The translations under genes were made by a program, and so were the position numbers. The notes under the pieces are model-generated. The model made no database searches. It worked only from the letters and a program-made list of their open reading frames with translations, and was not told the origin of the DNA. A DNA stretch of 63,391 nt, the filler included. It is 13 parts of 13 records of this genome, joined end to end, with 100 filler letters (N's around TTAATTAATTAA, not from the genome) between each part and the next. Parts side by side here need not be neighbours in the genome. Positions count along the whole stretch, not along the records: positions 10,348 to 20,418 come from SRR20825014_85; positions 20,519 to 27,306 come from SRR20825014_100; 11 more parts are not named here. One strand, given 5' to 3'. Positions 10,649 through 20,912 of this stretch are shown here, in pieces. How positions within the stretch are numbered: the stretch's first letter is position 1; each line of letters opens with the position of its first letter.

Positions 10649-12577
10649 ATGAAACTTATAAACATAGTCTCCTTTATATTACTTTCTCTTTTAGTTAGCA
10701 CCCATGCACAAAGTCAAGTAACCCTTCCAAAATTAATAGCAGATGGTATGGTATTACAGCGCAATACTCCTATAACCATTTGGGGATGGGCTTCTGCTGA
10801 AGAAAAAATTAAAATATCTTTTAAAGAAGAGGTTTACCATACAAAAGCAGATAAAAAAGGGAATTGGAAAGTTTCTCTTAAAACTTCAAAAGCTGGCGGT
10901 CCCTATACAATGAATATAACTTCCAGCAATTCAATTATAATAAAAAATATTTGGGTTGGTGATGTTTGGATATGCTCAGGGCAATCTAATATGGAAATCC
11001 CTATGTCTAGAGTAAAACCTTTGTATGAAGAAGAAATCTCAAAAGCAAACTTTCCATCTATTCATTATTTTGAGGTTCCAAAAACCTACAATTTCAGCAA
11101 AGAACAAAAACAAATTAAAGGTGGCCAATGGGTAGAAACCACCCCAGAAAGCGTCCTTAACTTTTCTGCAATAGCCTATTTCTTTGCTAAAGATTTAACA
11201 GAACGCTACCACATTCCTATTGGGCTAATTAATACAAGTTTAGGAGGCTCTCCTGCTGAAGCATGGCTAAGTGAAAATGCTTTAAAGAAATTTCCAAATG
11301 ATTATAACGAACTATTAAAATATAAAGACAGTTCCTATGTAAATCAAATTATCAAAGAAGACCATACAAGAATAGAAAACTGGTATCAAGAATTAAATTT
11401 AAACGACTTAGGAAATATTAAAAATTGGAAAACTTCTAATATTGATTCTGTCCAACTGTGGAAAACTATAGAAGTACCTGGCTTTTGGAACGACCAAATC
11501 CAAAACCATTTTAATGGAGTTGCTTGGTACAAAAAGTCTTTTGAAATCTCTAAAAAACATAAGGATGTTTCAGGAAAACTTATATTAGGACGTATTGTGG
11601 ATGCAGATTCTGTATTTATAAATGGACATTTTGTAGGAAACACCTCTTACCAATATCCTCCAAGAAGGTATCAAATCTCAAAGAATATATTAAAAGAAGG
11701 AAGTAATGAACTTACTGTAAAAGTAATTAATGAACGTGGTAAAGGAGGATTTGTACCGCAAAAACCCTATCACTTAATTTTGAATGACACTACCATTTCA
11801 TTAACAGGAAGCTGGAAGTTTAAAAAAGGATATGCTACCAATCCTTTAAAACCTCAGACTTTTGTACAATGGAAACCTGGAGGGCTTTTTAATGCTATGA
11901 TTGCTCCGCTGTTAAATTATAAAATGAAAGGTGTTATTTGGTATCAAGGTGAGTCCAATACTGGAAATCCTTCCAACTATGGCAAACTCTTTTCCACACT
12001 CATTAAAGAATGGAGATTACGTTGGAACCTCGGAGAATTTCCGTTCTTATATGTTCAATTAGCCAATTTTATGAAGGCATCCACTACTCCAGAAGAAAGT
12101 AATTGGGCGGCACTTAGGGAGCAACAATTAAATACTTTAAAAGTTTCTAATACTGGAATGGCAGTAACTATTGATATTGGAGAATGGAATGATATTCATC
12201 CTTTAAATAAAAAGGATGTTGGACATAGATTAGCGCTTTTAGCTCAAAAAATAGCTTATAAAGAGAAAAATCTGGTTGCCTCAGGGCCTATTTATGAGGC
12301 CTCCGTAATTAAAGCTAATAAAATGGTTATTTCATTTAAAAATATTGGTAGCGGACTAATAACAAAAAATAATGCCGAATTAAAATCTTTTGCAATTGCT
12401 GGAGCAGATAAAAAATATGTATGGGCAAAAGCAGTCATAAAAAATAATAAAGTTGTGGTATGGAGTGCTGCTGTTGCCAATCCAAAATATGTAAGATATG
12501 CATGGGCTAATAACCCCAATCAAGCAAACCTTTATAACAAAGAAGGATTACCTGCTAGTCCTTTTCAAACTGAATAA
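10649..12577 (+). CDS. Sialate O-acetylesterase-family (SASA/SGNH) carbohydrate acetylesterase with an inserted sugar-binding domain
   Basis: GDVWICSGQSNME, WYQGESN, DIHP; signal peptide. Confidence 0.88.
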   Translation: MKLINIVSFILLSLLVSTHAQSQVTLPKLIADGMVLQRNTPITIWGWASAEEKIKISFKEEVYHTKADKKGNWKVSLKTSKAGGPYTMNITSSNSIIIKNIWVGDVWICSGQSNMEIPMSRVKPLYEEEISKANFPSIHYFEVPKTYNFSKEQKQIKGGQWVETTPESVLNFSAIAYFFAKDLTERYHIPIGLINTSLGGSPAEAWLSENALKKFPNDYNELLKYKDSSYVNQIIKEDHTRIENWYQELNLNDLGNIKNWKTSNIDSVQLWKTIEVPGFWNDQIQNHFNGVAWYKKSFEISKKHKDVSGKLILGRIVDADSVFINGHFVGNTSYQYPPRRYQISKNILKEGSNELTVKVINERGKGGFVPQKPYHLILNDTTISLTGSWKFKKGYATNPLKPQTFVQWKPGGLFNAMIAPLLNYKMKGVIWYQGESNTGNPSNYGKLFSTLIKEWRLRWNLGEFPFLYVQLANFMKASTTPEESNWAALREQQLNTLKVSNTGMAVTIDIGEWNDIHPLNKKDVGHRLALLAQKIAYKEKNLVASGPIYEASVIKANKMVISFKNIGSGLITKNNAELKSFAIAGADKKYVWAKAVIKNNKVVVWSAAVANPKYVRYAWANNPNQANLYNKEGLPASPFQTE

Positions 12578-12597
12578 AACATAATCTGAATACTTAT

Positions 12598-12632
12598 TTG
12601 AGCTACCCAAAGTATAACAAAAGGTAGCTCAA
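12598..12632. terminator. Hairpin between convergent genes
   Basis: TTGAGCTACC-N15-GGTAGCTCAA followed by a T-rich tract. Confidence 0.65.
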
Positions 12633-12667
12633 TTTATTTTTAATTCCCCTAAATTTATTTTTTTAAA

Positions 12668-15600
12668 CTAACTGGCAAGCCATTCTTGTTCACTACTAAA
12701 CCCTTTCTTCAAATGCGAATCTTTATAAACTTTTGGGGAGACTCCATAAAAGTCTTTGAAACTCGATGAGAATTTCGAAACATGAGAGAATCCTGTTGCG
12801 TAAGTAACTTCAGAAACACTTAAATTTTTGGAAGCCAATAAATCTCCAGCTTGTTTAAGTCGGATATTTCTAACATAATCTCGAGCTGATTGATTGGTAA
12901 GTTCTTTTAGTTTTCTGTATAAATGTACCCTACTTATCCCTATTTCTTTGGCTATCATTTCCACATTAAGCGCTGGGTTATCCAAGTTTTCATTAATAAG
13001 TTTGGTAACCCGATTAATTAATTTTTCATCTGCGGAAGTAATTTGAGGTGTTTCTAACTTATTCTCTGGAATTTGATTTCCTGCATATGTATTTTTTAGC
13101 ATTACTCTAGTATGAATAATATTTTGAACAGTTTTCTTTAAAATTTCTAAATTAAAAGGTTTAGATAAATACGCATCTGCCCCAATATCGAGTCCAATAA
13201 TATTATCCTGTTCACGAGATTTAGCCGTCAATAAAATTAAAGGAATATGATTTACATTGATATTCTTTTTTAATTTTCTACACAGCGTAACACCGTCCAT
13301 TTCTGGCATTTTCACATCGCTAATAATGAGATCTAATGATTTTTTAAGAATCATTTCATAAGCTTCTTTTCCATTGGGAGCCTCTAGAATATGATATTTG
13401 CTAGACAATTCCCTCCTAAGATAACTCCTAATCTCCATATCGTCATCTATAAGTAATATAGTGTATTTTCCTTTAGTTTTGGAATGCTCCATCTCTAAAA
13501 TTCCACTGTTATTATACAAAGACAAAACAGGCTTTGGGGTATAATGCACAAGAGATTCTTCTTTTGATAATTTATATTCCTTTTCTTCCGAAGTAGCTAG
13601 TGGTTTTTCAATAGGAATTTCCATAACCAAACTACATCCGTTCTGGTCACAATTGTTTTCGGCATAAATTATTCCATGGTGTAAATTAACTATAGAACGT
13701 GTTAGATGTAATCCAATTCCAGTTCCTTCCTTTGGATGCATTTCATCCTGAGTAGCCCTGTAAAAACGATCAAATATTTTTTCAATTGCATTTGCATCAA
13801 TACCTTTTCCATCATCTTTTACAATTATTCTAAAGCATTCTTTAGTATCCTTATTAATTACTTTTTTTAGATGTATTTCTATATGTCCACCAGCATTTGT
13901 AAATTTAAAAGCATTAGATAGTATATTCTGAATGGTTTTATCAAAATAGTTAGGATCCACATCTGCATACAATTTATCCGCATCATGCGTAAATTCTAAT
14001 TTTATATTCTTTACTTCTTTCTGATCTTCAAAAAGAAAACAGATATCTTCTATTAAAGAAACCATTTCCACTTTCTTATATTTTAACTTTATTTGCCCCT
14101 TATCAATCTTTCTCATTTCCATTAATTGATTGATTAAATGTAAGATTCGTTCTGAGTTACGGTGCATTACTCGGTATGCCTTTTGCCGTTCTGAATCTGT
14201 ATCAAGATCCATTATTTTCTTCAAAGGATTTGTAATTAAGGACATTGGAGTTTTTATTTCATGTGAAATATTAGTAAAAAACTGAATTTTGGCTTCATTA
14301 ATCTGATTTTCATATTGTTGAGACCTCATTTTTTCTTTTATTTTATACCGTTGATGCATTTGGCTAGCTACAATCCATACTATGAAAAGAAATATAATAG
14401 CATAACTCATTTTTGCCCAAAATGTTAAAAACCAAGGAGGTCTAACAATAATTGTATAGTTTTTTATAGGTGAAAAAGATTTAAATTCTTTTGCCTTTAC
14501 TTGCAAAGAATAGGTGCCTGGAACCAAATCATTAAAGGTAAGCATATTAGATCCTTGCTGAAGACTCACCCATTCTTTATCATTTAAGTTATAAAAATAA
14601 GTTAAGCGTTGGGGTTCTATAAAATTGGTAGCTGCAAATTCTAAATTAAACGTATTGTCCTTATGCGCCAATACTAGTGTATCGGCTTTCATAATGTCTT
14701 TCTCTATAATAGCGCGTCCCATAGATTTGGTAGCGGTTGTAATTTCTTTATTTTGTAAATAGCATGCTGTTAATCTAATGTCTGGTATTTTTCCTTCGTC
14801 AATAATCTGTTCCGGATTAAAATAAGTTATCCCATTAATCCCCCCAAAATAAATTGCGTTTTGATTATCATAGGTTACAGCGCCTTTACTAAATTCATTC
14901 CCCTGTAAACCATCATTGAAATAGAAATTGGTAAATTGTTTAGTTTTCTTATTAAATTTTGATATTCCATGATGCGTACTGATCCATAAATTTTGCTGTA
15001 CATCCCCTTTAATAGCGCAAACTACATTGCTAGACAAGCCATCTTTGGTTGAGAAATTTTGTAGTTTCCATGAATCTTTTGGTTTAAGAAACATTCCTTC
15101 AGAAGTCCCAATCCATAAGTTTTCGTCAGCATCCTCATAAAGTGAATAGACAATTTTATGTGTTAAAACACGATTAATACCATCTGCAAAAATAAAACTA
15201 TTGGTATCTAGATCCAGACACCCAAGTCCGTTATAGGTACCTATATATAATTTATTACTCTTGGAATACAATAGCGTATTAATCCAAAAGTTTTGCATTT
15301 TATTAATAGGGTTATAGGTAGCCCCAGTGGAAGTACCAATGTTTCTATCTTTAATTTCCCCCGTTTCTAAATCCATGGAAAAAAGACCTGAACCCATAGA
15401 TCCGATCCATAAATTTTTATTAGCGTCTTCTGTAATACTGTATATTCTTTCTACTTTATGAGCATTTTCATCCTTTATTTCATAATCAAAATTAAAAGTA
15501 TTTGTTTTTCGGCTTAAAGATGCTATTCCGTTTAAATATGAGCCTACCCAAACAGTTTCATTAGAGTCTTCATAAATGCTCATAATTGTGGTTACTTCCT

Positions 15601-16825
15601 TATTTAAATAATGCTTTTTTAATTTCCCATTACTATCCAAACCATAAATACCATCCCCATCTGTTCCTACCCATAAATTATTCCTTTTATCTTCATGTAT
15701 GGCCATAACACTATTAGACCCAATAGTGTTATTATTTATGGATTGGTATCCAATGTATTTAAAATTATTAGGCTTATGAGGAATTAAGACGAGCCCTTTT
15801 TGGTAAATTCCTAACCAAAGGTTATGAGATTTATCTTTAATTATAGAATGCACTTTGACTTTGGAAAAATCAAATTTGTTGATCCCTAAACTAATGTCTG
15901 AAAATTCTTCTGTAAATGGATTAAAAAGCTTCATTCCATTACTGTCGGTTCCTACATATATTTCATCTGGAGCATTAACATACAGTGCCTTAACAGATAA
16001 ATGGCATTGTGTATATGGAATCTTATGGAAGTTATTTGTTTCAGAATCAAATTTATACAGTCCTTCATTTAGTTTTCCAATATAAATATTCCCATTTACC
16101 GATTGGCAAATACTAGAAATATTAGCTTCCGATTCATTTTTGTAAAAATAGCGAGCTATTTTACCATTGGAGGCTATACAGTATACGCCTTTGTCTTGAG
16201 TTAAAACCCACAAATTATTTTTAGCATCCTCAAAAAGCTTTTGAATATACTCAGATTTAACTGCTTGAACAGCTATTGAACCAGTAATGCGTCCCTTTTT
16301 ATTTTCCAACTTAAATATTCCACTCCCAGAAGTGGCTACTAATACATCGCCATTTTTTCGTTCTAAAATAGAAGAAACATGACAACGTGCCTTCTTCCCT
16401 TTTTCATCAAATAAATCAATCTCTTTAAAATGCTGTTTTCCAGAGTTATATTGCTGTAAACCATTAAAAAAGCCTAATAATAATTGTCCGTTTGAAGTTT
16501 GGTACATACAACGAACATAATTATTCAGTATTGAGGTACTATCTTTACTATCAGATCTATAAGTTCTAAACTTTGCACCATCATACCTATTAAGTCCATC
16601 TTCTGTTGCTACCCATATGAGTCCTTCTTTATCTTCTATGACTTGATTAATGAGTGTGCTTGATAATTTATTATCTGTTGAAAAAAACTTTGCAGTTTGT
16701 GCAGGAAGTTGAAAACAAATTAGAAATAAACAAATATACACCCCTCTTAAAAGTCCTTGCCTTATAAACAAAGCTCTATTCTCTTTAAGATTTGTGTACA
16801 TAATAGATTGGGTTAGATTTTTCAT
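12668..16825 (-). CDS. Hybrid two-component system sensor/regulator (beta-propeller, Y_Y_Y, HisKA, HATPase, REC, AraC)
   Basis: LW(I/V)GT propeller repeats, FFTNISHEIKTP, GTGIGL, SDVKMPEMDG, C-terminal AraC HTH. Confidence 0.95.
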   Translation of the reverse strand: MKNLTQSIMYTNLKENRALFIRQGLLRGVYICLFLICFQLPAQTAKFFSTDNKLSSTLINQVIEDKEGLIWVATEDGLNRYDGAKFRTYRSDSKDSTSILNNYVRCMYQTSNGQLLLGFFNGLQQYNSGKQHFKEIDLFDEKGKKARCHVSSILERKNGDVLVATSGSGIFKLENKKGRITGSIAVQAVKSEYIQKLFEDAKNNLWVLTQDKGVYCIASNGKIARYFYKNESEANISSICQSVNGNIYIGKLNEGLYKFDSETNNFHKIPYTQCHLSVKALYVNAPDEIYVGTDSNGMKLFNPFTEEFSDISLGINKFDFSKVKVHSIIKDKSHNLWLGIYQKGLVLIPHKPNNFKYIGYQSINNNTIGSNSVMAIHEDKRNNLWVGTDGDGIYGLDSNGKLKKHYLNKEVTTIMSIYEDSNETVWVGSYLNGIASLSRKTNTFNFDYEIKDENAHKVERIYSITEDANKNLWIGSMGSGLFSMDLETGEIKDRNIGTSTGATYNPINKMQNFWINTLLYSKSNKLYIGTYNGLGCLDLDTNSFIFADGINRVLTHKIVYSLYEDADENLWIGTSEGMFLKPKDSWKLQNFSTKDGLSSNVVCAIKGDVQQNLWISTHHGISKFNKKTKQFTNFYFNDGLQGNEFSKGAVTYDNQNAIYFGGINGITYFNPEQIIDEGKIPDIRLTACYLQNKEITTATKSMGRAIIEKDIMKADTLVLAHKDNTFNLEFAATNFIEPQRLTYFYNLNDKEWVSLQQGSNMLTFNDLVPGTYSLQVKAKEFKSFSPIKNYTIIVRPPWFLTFWAKMSYAIIFLFIVWIVASQMHQRYKIKEKMRSQQYENQINEAKIQFFTNISHEIKTPMSLITNPLKKIMDLDTDSERQKAYRVMHRNSERILHLINQLMEMRKIDKGQIKLKYKKVEMVSLIEDICFLFEDQKEVKNIKLEFTHDADKLYADVDPNYFDKTIQNILSNAFKFTNAGGHIEIHLKKVINKDTKECFRIIVKDDGKGIDANAIEKIFDRFYRATQDEMHPKEGTGIGLHLTRSIVNLHHGIIYAENNCDQNGCSLVMEIPIEKPLATSEEKEYKLSKEESLVHYTPKPVLSLYNNSGILEMEHSKTKGKYTILLIDDDMEIRSYLRRELSSKYHILEAPNGKEAYEMILKKSLDLIISDVKMPEMDGVTLCRKLKKNINVNHIPLILLTAKSREQDNIIGLDIGADAYLSKPFNLEILKKTVQNIIHTRVMLKNTYAGNQIPENKLETPQITSADEKLINRVTKLINENLDNPALNVEMIAKEIGISRVHLYRKLKELTNQSARDYVRNIRLKQAGDLLASKNLSVSEVTYATGFSHVSKFSSSFKDFYGVSPKVYKDSHLKKGFSSEQEWLAS

Positions 16826-16864
16826 TGGTGTTGTTGTAAATTTTAGTTTTCATAACAGTATCTA

Positions 16865-16882
16865 AACGCAATCGTTTGCGTT
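16865..16882. promoter_or_regulatory. LacI-type operator-like palindrome upstream of the HTCS
   Basis: AACGCAA-TCGT-TTGCGTT, central CG. Confidence 0.55.
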
Positions 16883-17154
16883 AATTGATCAAATTAAAAA
16901 TTTATCTATGTTATAAATATATTTTAGACTTAAGGTTTACGTAATAGTTAATTTGACTACAAGGTATGTTAATTTAATTATAATTCACAATATTTTGCTT
17001 AAAAAATATGAATAAATAAAATTTAACCCGCTAATTATTATCATAATAACAATTATACATAGAACTAGGAATACACCTCTTGATAAATGTTTATCAAGTA
17101 ACCTATTAATAAGTAATTGTAACATTTAAAAAGTATAAAAAAGAAGGGAACTAT

Positions 17155-17162
17155 TATATTTG
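17155..17162 (+). promoter_or_regulatory. Bacteroidetes sigma-A -7 element
   Basis: TATATTTG matches TAnnTTTG; GTAAC direct repeats 21 bp apart at 17098 and 17119. Confidence 0.55.
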
Positions 17163-17167
17163 AATTA

Positions 17168-17303
17168 TAAGACAATCCAAAACGATAAAGGTTGTTTTTC
17201 CAATTATTCGGGTTTTAGTTTAGAGGTGTTGTTAGCTCTTAAGCCCAATAATTAGTTAGTTTAAAAATGAAGGCTGCTCCTAATTAGAAGCAGCCTTTTC
17301 TTT
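17168..17303 (+). ncRNA. Candidate small RNA
   Basis: Promoter, internal stem (AATTATT/AATAATT, GGGTTT/AAGCCC, AGAG/CTCT), terminator with U tract, no ORF. Confidence 0.45.
17270..17303. terminator. Intrinsic terminator, probably bidirectional
   Basis: AAGGCTGCT-N10-AGCAGCCTT then TTCTTT. Confidence 0.75.
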
Positions 17304-17347
17304 ATCAAATTATAAAGTATAGATTTGTTAAATTAGCTAGTTACATA

Positions 17348-18193
17348 TTATTTAAATAACAATTGTGAAAAATGATAAAGGTCATTTTTCCAAACTTTAA
17401 AGTCATGAACTCCAGGTTCTATATAATAAATATGCGGAATTTCATATTTTTCTAAATAGGTATGAGTACGCTTGCTGTAGATTAATAAATCGTCTTTATC
17501 CCCACAAGAAATCCAAATAAGATTTAAGTTTCTCTCTGCTACTGCTGGATTTGGCAGTAATTCTTCAGGAGTTTTTGTATTGGGCGCAGCAGAAAACCCA
17601 CCGATCCATGCAAATTCCTTTAGGTTATTAAAGCCAAAATTAAAAGCTTGACCTCCACCCATAGATAAACCAGCGATAGCTCTATAGTCTTTTTTAGGTG
17701 TTACTGTATAATTATTTTCAATATAGGGAATCAAATCCTTTAATAAATCATCTTCAAATACGGAAAAAGCTGTTACTTTATCTTTAGAAAAAATATCCCC
17801 AACAGCTTTATCATTCTTCATTGCTCTTCCATTTGGAAATACCACTATCATGGGAATAAGTTTGTTTGATGCATATAAATTATCCAGTATGGCTGTAGCA
17901 TTTCCATTATGCACCCATTCATATTGATCTCCTCCTATTCCATGTAACAAATACAAAACAGGATATGATTTTTTTGAACTATAGCTAGGTGGCAAATAAA
18001 CCAATGCTTCTCGATGAATGCCAACAGTAGTAGATTTATAACTAATAGTATCCACTTTTCCATGGGATATCTCTTCTTGATATTTATCAAACCCTTCTGG
18101 GGGTTGAGAAAATTCATATTTATTTTGAGCATACGAAAAATGAATGACTAAAAATAATAAAAGATATACACTAAAAATATTCTTGGTTCTCAT
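17348..18193 (-). CDS. CE1-type esterase (feruloyl/acetyl-xylan esterase, XynZ-like)
   Basis: YPVLYLLHGIGG, GLSMGG nucleophile elbow, GVHDFKVW; signal peptide. Confidence 0.88.
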   Translation of the reverse strand: MRTKNIFSVYLLLFLVIHFSYAQNKYEFSQPPEGFDKYQEEISHGKVDTISYKSTTVGIHREALVYLPPSYSSKKSYPVLYLLHGIGGDQYEWVHNGNATAILDNLYASNKLIPMIVVFPNGRAMKNDKAVGDIFSKDKVTAFSVFEDDLLKDLIPYIENNYTVTPKKDYRAIAGLSMGGGQAFNFGFNNLKEFAWIGGFSAAPNTKTPEELLPNPAVAERNLNLIWISCGDKDDLLIYSKRTHTYLEKYEIPHIYYIEPGVHDFKVWKNDLYHFSQLLFK

Positions 18194-18226
18194 GAATTGT
18201 AGTTTAAAATTAAAATTGTGCGTTAG

Positions 18227-19981
18227 TTAATTTGCAAGGGGAACTCGCTTTTTTGTAGCATAGACGCCAATATTGGTTCCTGTAAATCCATAAGAATTAG
18301 CTGTTGACAAATAACGAGCTGCTACATTATTTTTAAGCGATTTCCATTTGGCATCTTCCGTTGCATATTGAAAGTCAAAATTTAAACCATCTGAAAGTAT
18401 CCTCAAACGGTATTTGTTTGTTGTTGGTTTTAATATATCTTCAGCTAAAACCACGCGCCCATCCTTTGTAATTTTTTCAACAAGCATCCTCACTTGTTCT
18501 TTGTTACCGGTAACTGTTAGACCATATTGATGGGTTTCATCTTTCATAAGGAGTATTCCCGCAGCCTCTTCCAATCCAGAAGGTTCAAAATATAAGGTAG
18601 TTTCTGCTTTAAATTTATGATGTTGCAATCGGCGAGAGATAAAAGCTGGAGTCTTTAATTCTACCGTATTTACATTGGCACAAGAAAGTGCTAAATAGCC
18701 AGGAATATCCTTTAAAGAATATAGTTTATCTCCAGCGCCACGAATGGTATGCCACTCTATTGGAAGCTTAGTATCATTAAAATCTTGTACCCTGTTAAAA
18801 TTTCCATAAGTCAATTTCCCTGTAGGTTTACTACCAGGCATTGTTACAATTCTTGGAATTAATTCCTTGTTTTTTGTAATGTATGGGAAACCACTTTCAT
18901 CCCATCTTACAGGCATTAAAAATGTTTCTCTCCCTAAATTTTCAAAATCGTTCTTTATAGGTCGGCATGCTAAAAATACAGCCCACCAACTATTATCTTG
19001 CTTTTGTATCAAGTCGGCATGTCCAGCACATGTAATGGGAAGAGGACGATTGGAATCTAAATGTTTTTGCGTTAGAATCGGATTTTTATTCCATGGTTTG
19101 TATGGTCCTAATACTGATTCTGATTTAAAAATTACTTCCCGATGATTTATTGAAGTTCCTCCTTCAGCACACATTAAATAATAACTTCCTTTAATTTTGT
19201 ATACATGAGGCCCTTCAATCCAAATGGGTTTTTCTGACAAATCAACCCCTCCATTAATAATCATTTTACGCGAACCAATAACTTTATCAGAGGCTACATC
19301 AAACTCCTGTATGCGTATTGCACGATGCCCCTCGTATTGACTCCCTCCATCTGGCTCGTCATTATTAACTATGTATGCTTTTCCATCGTCATCAAAAAAG
19401 AAAGAAGGATCTATCCCCTTAACTTCGGGTAACCATATGGGATCGGACCAACCTGCAAAAGGATCTTTTGTTTTAACAAAAAAATTACCTTTTTTTATGT
19501 TGGTAGTTATCATGTAATATGTTTCATTCCTTGGATTGTAGCTTATTGCGGGTGCAAAAATCCCTTCTGTAATTTGCTGTCCTTCCAAGGGTAATTGTTC
19601 TGGACGATCTAAAACATGACCAATTTGTTTCCAATTCATCAAATCTTTACTATGAAAAATGGGTACTCCAGGATAATATGAAAAAGTACTTGTTACCAAA
19701 AAATAATCTTCTCCATTAGAACATATACTTGGATCTGAATACCAACCTGGTAAAATTGGATTGTAAAAATAAGAACTATCTGGAAGCGGATTTTCATTAT
19801 AGAAATCGTCATTTCCTGAATACTTAAAATCATCAAAATAAGCAGTAGATTTTTTAAACTGAGGTGTCTCTATATCTTTTTTACTTGATTTTGAATTTTC
19901 TTGACATGATTGAAAAAAAATTAATACAAAAGAAGCGAGCGTCCATAAACACTGCTTTCTAATTTTTTCTGATAAAAACAT
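18227..19981 (-). CDS. GH43 beta-xylosidase/arabinofuranosidase with C-terminal beta-sandwich, lipoprotein
   Basis: NPILPGWYSDPSIC, GIDPSFF, WIEGPH, GHAD, LGRETFL; FQSC lipobox; ATG 19981 preferred over the TTG at 20008. Confidence 0.92.
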   Translation of the reverse strand: MFLSEKIRKQCLWTLASFVLIFFQSCQENSKSSKKDIETPQFKKSTAYFDDFKYSGNDDFYNENPLPDSSYFYNPILPGWYSDPSICSNGEDYFLVTSTFSYYPGVPIFHSKDLMNWKQIGHVLDRPEQLPLEGQQITEGIFAPAISYNPRNETYYMITTNIKKGNFFVKTKDPFAGWSDPIWLPEVKGIDPSFFFDDDGKAYIVNNDEPDGGSQYEGHRAIRIQEFDVASDKVIGSRKMIINGGVDLSEKPIWIEGPHVYKIKGSYYLMCAEGGTSINHREVIFKSESVLGPYKPWNKNPILTQKHLDSNRPLPITCAGHADLIQKQDNSWWAVFLACRPIKNDFENLGRETFLMPVRWDESGFPYITKNKELIPRIVTMPGSKPTGKLTYGNFNRVQDFNDTKLPIEWHTIRGAGDKLYSLKDIPGYLALSCANVNTVELKTPAFISRRLQHHKFKAETTLYFEPSGLEEAAGILLMKDETHQYGLTVTGNKEQVRMLVEKITKDGRVVLAEDILKPTTNKYRLRILSDGLNFDFQYATEDAKWKSLKNNVAARYLSTANSYGFTGTNIGVYATKKRVPLAN

Positions 19982-20126
19982 ACACTTATATTTAAAGGTT
20001 GAAATCAACTCCCTCAGCGCTTTTTAATGAGCTGAAGGATGGGCTTTGGGGGAATTAAATCTTCTTAAGGGATTACGTTTTACATCCCTATATTACTACT
20101 TTCTATTTTAGGCACTCTATAAAGCC

Positions 20127-20418
20127 TCAATCTATCCCATCAATCGTTTTAATTGTACCATCAGCATTGTACTCCATTTCGCTAACTTTTAAGCTTCTTA
20201 ACCATGTTTTCCCTCCCGAAGGAACACTGTCATGATGAAATAAATACCATTTATCCTTGAAGGAAATAATTCCATGATGTGTAGTCCATCCTACCACTGG
20301 CGTTAGTATTACACCTTGATACGTAAAAGGTCCGTATGGATTATCTCCAATAGCGTAACAAATTCGGTGTGTGTTTCCTGTAGAATATGAGAAATAATAT
20401 TTTCCTTGGTATTTATGC
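20127..20418 (-). CDS. Second GH43_1-like xylosidase, 3' fragment (absent from ORF track)
   Basis: Manual translation HKYQGKYYFSYSTGNTHRICYAIG...GWTTHHGI...WYLFHHDS...TWLRSLKV...IDGID*. Confidence 0.88.
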
Positions 20419-20518
20419 NNNNNNNNNNNNNNNNNNNNNNNNNNNNNNNNNNNNNNNNNNNNTTAATTAATTAANNNNNNNNNNNNNNNNNNNNNNNNNN
20501 NNNNNNNNNNNNNNNNNN

Positions 20519-20892
20519 GCCATGAACAGCTTGCGGAAATTCTCGGCCTGCTTGGTTTCCAGCGAACTCAGCTGCAAATTGGTCAGCTTGGTCACGCCAT
20601 CAACCAGCGTGGCCACATCGTCGCCAAACAATTCCGAAACGGTTTTATAAGAGGCTTTGGTGTCTTCGATCGTGTCGTGCAACAGCGCGGTGATGATCGT
20701 GGCATCATCCAGTTGCTGTTCAGTCAGGATCGCGGCGACGGCCACGGGGTGCGTGAAATAGGGCTCGCCCGAGTGGCGAAACTGCCCCTCGTGCATTTTC
20801 GCGCCGTAATCATAGGCGGCGCGAATAAGATTTTCATGTGTCTTGGGGTTATAATTGCGGACCAGCGCGATCAGGTCGTCGGCAGAGATCAT
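20519..20892 (-). CDS. spoT: Bifunctional (p)ppGpp synthetase/hydrolase, N-terminal fragment
   Basis: HEGQFRHSGEPYFTHP, LLHDTIEDT HD domain; downstream of rpoZ. Confidence 0.93.
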
Positions 20893-20912
20893 TTGGTCCG
20901 CACCTTAAGGCG

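Noticed and set aside
10348-20418. 30-bp terminal inverted repeats suggesting a transposon or linear element
   Set aside because: Repeats are coding sequence of two GH43 paralogs at assembly breakpoints; no transposase.
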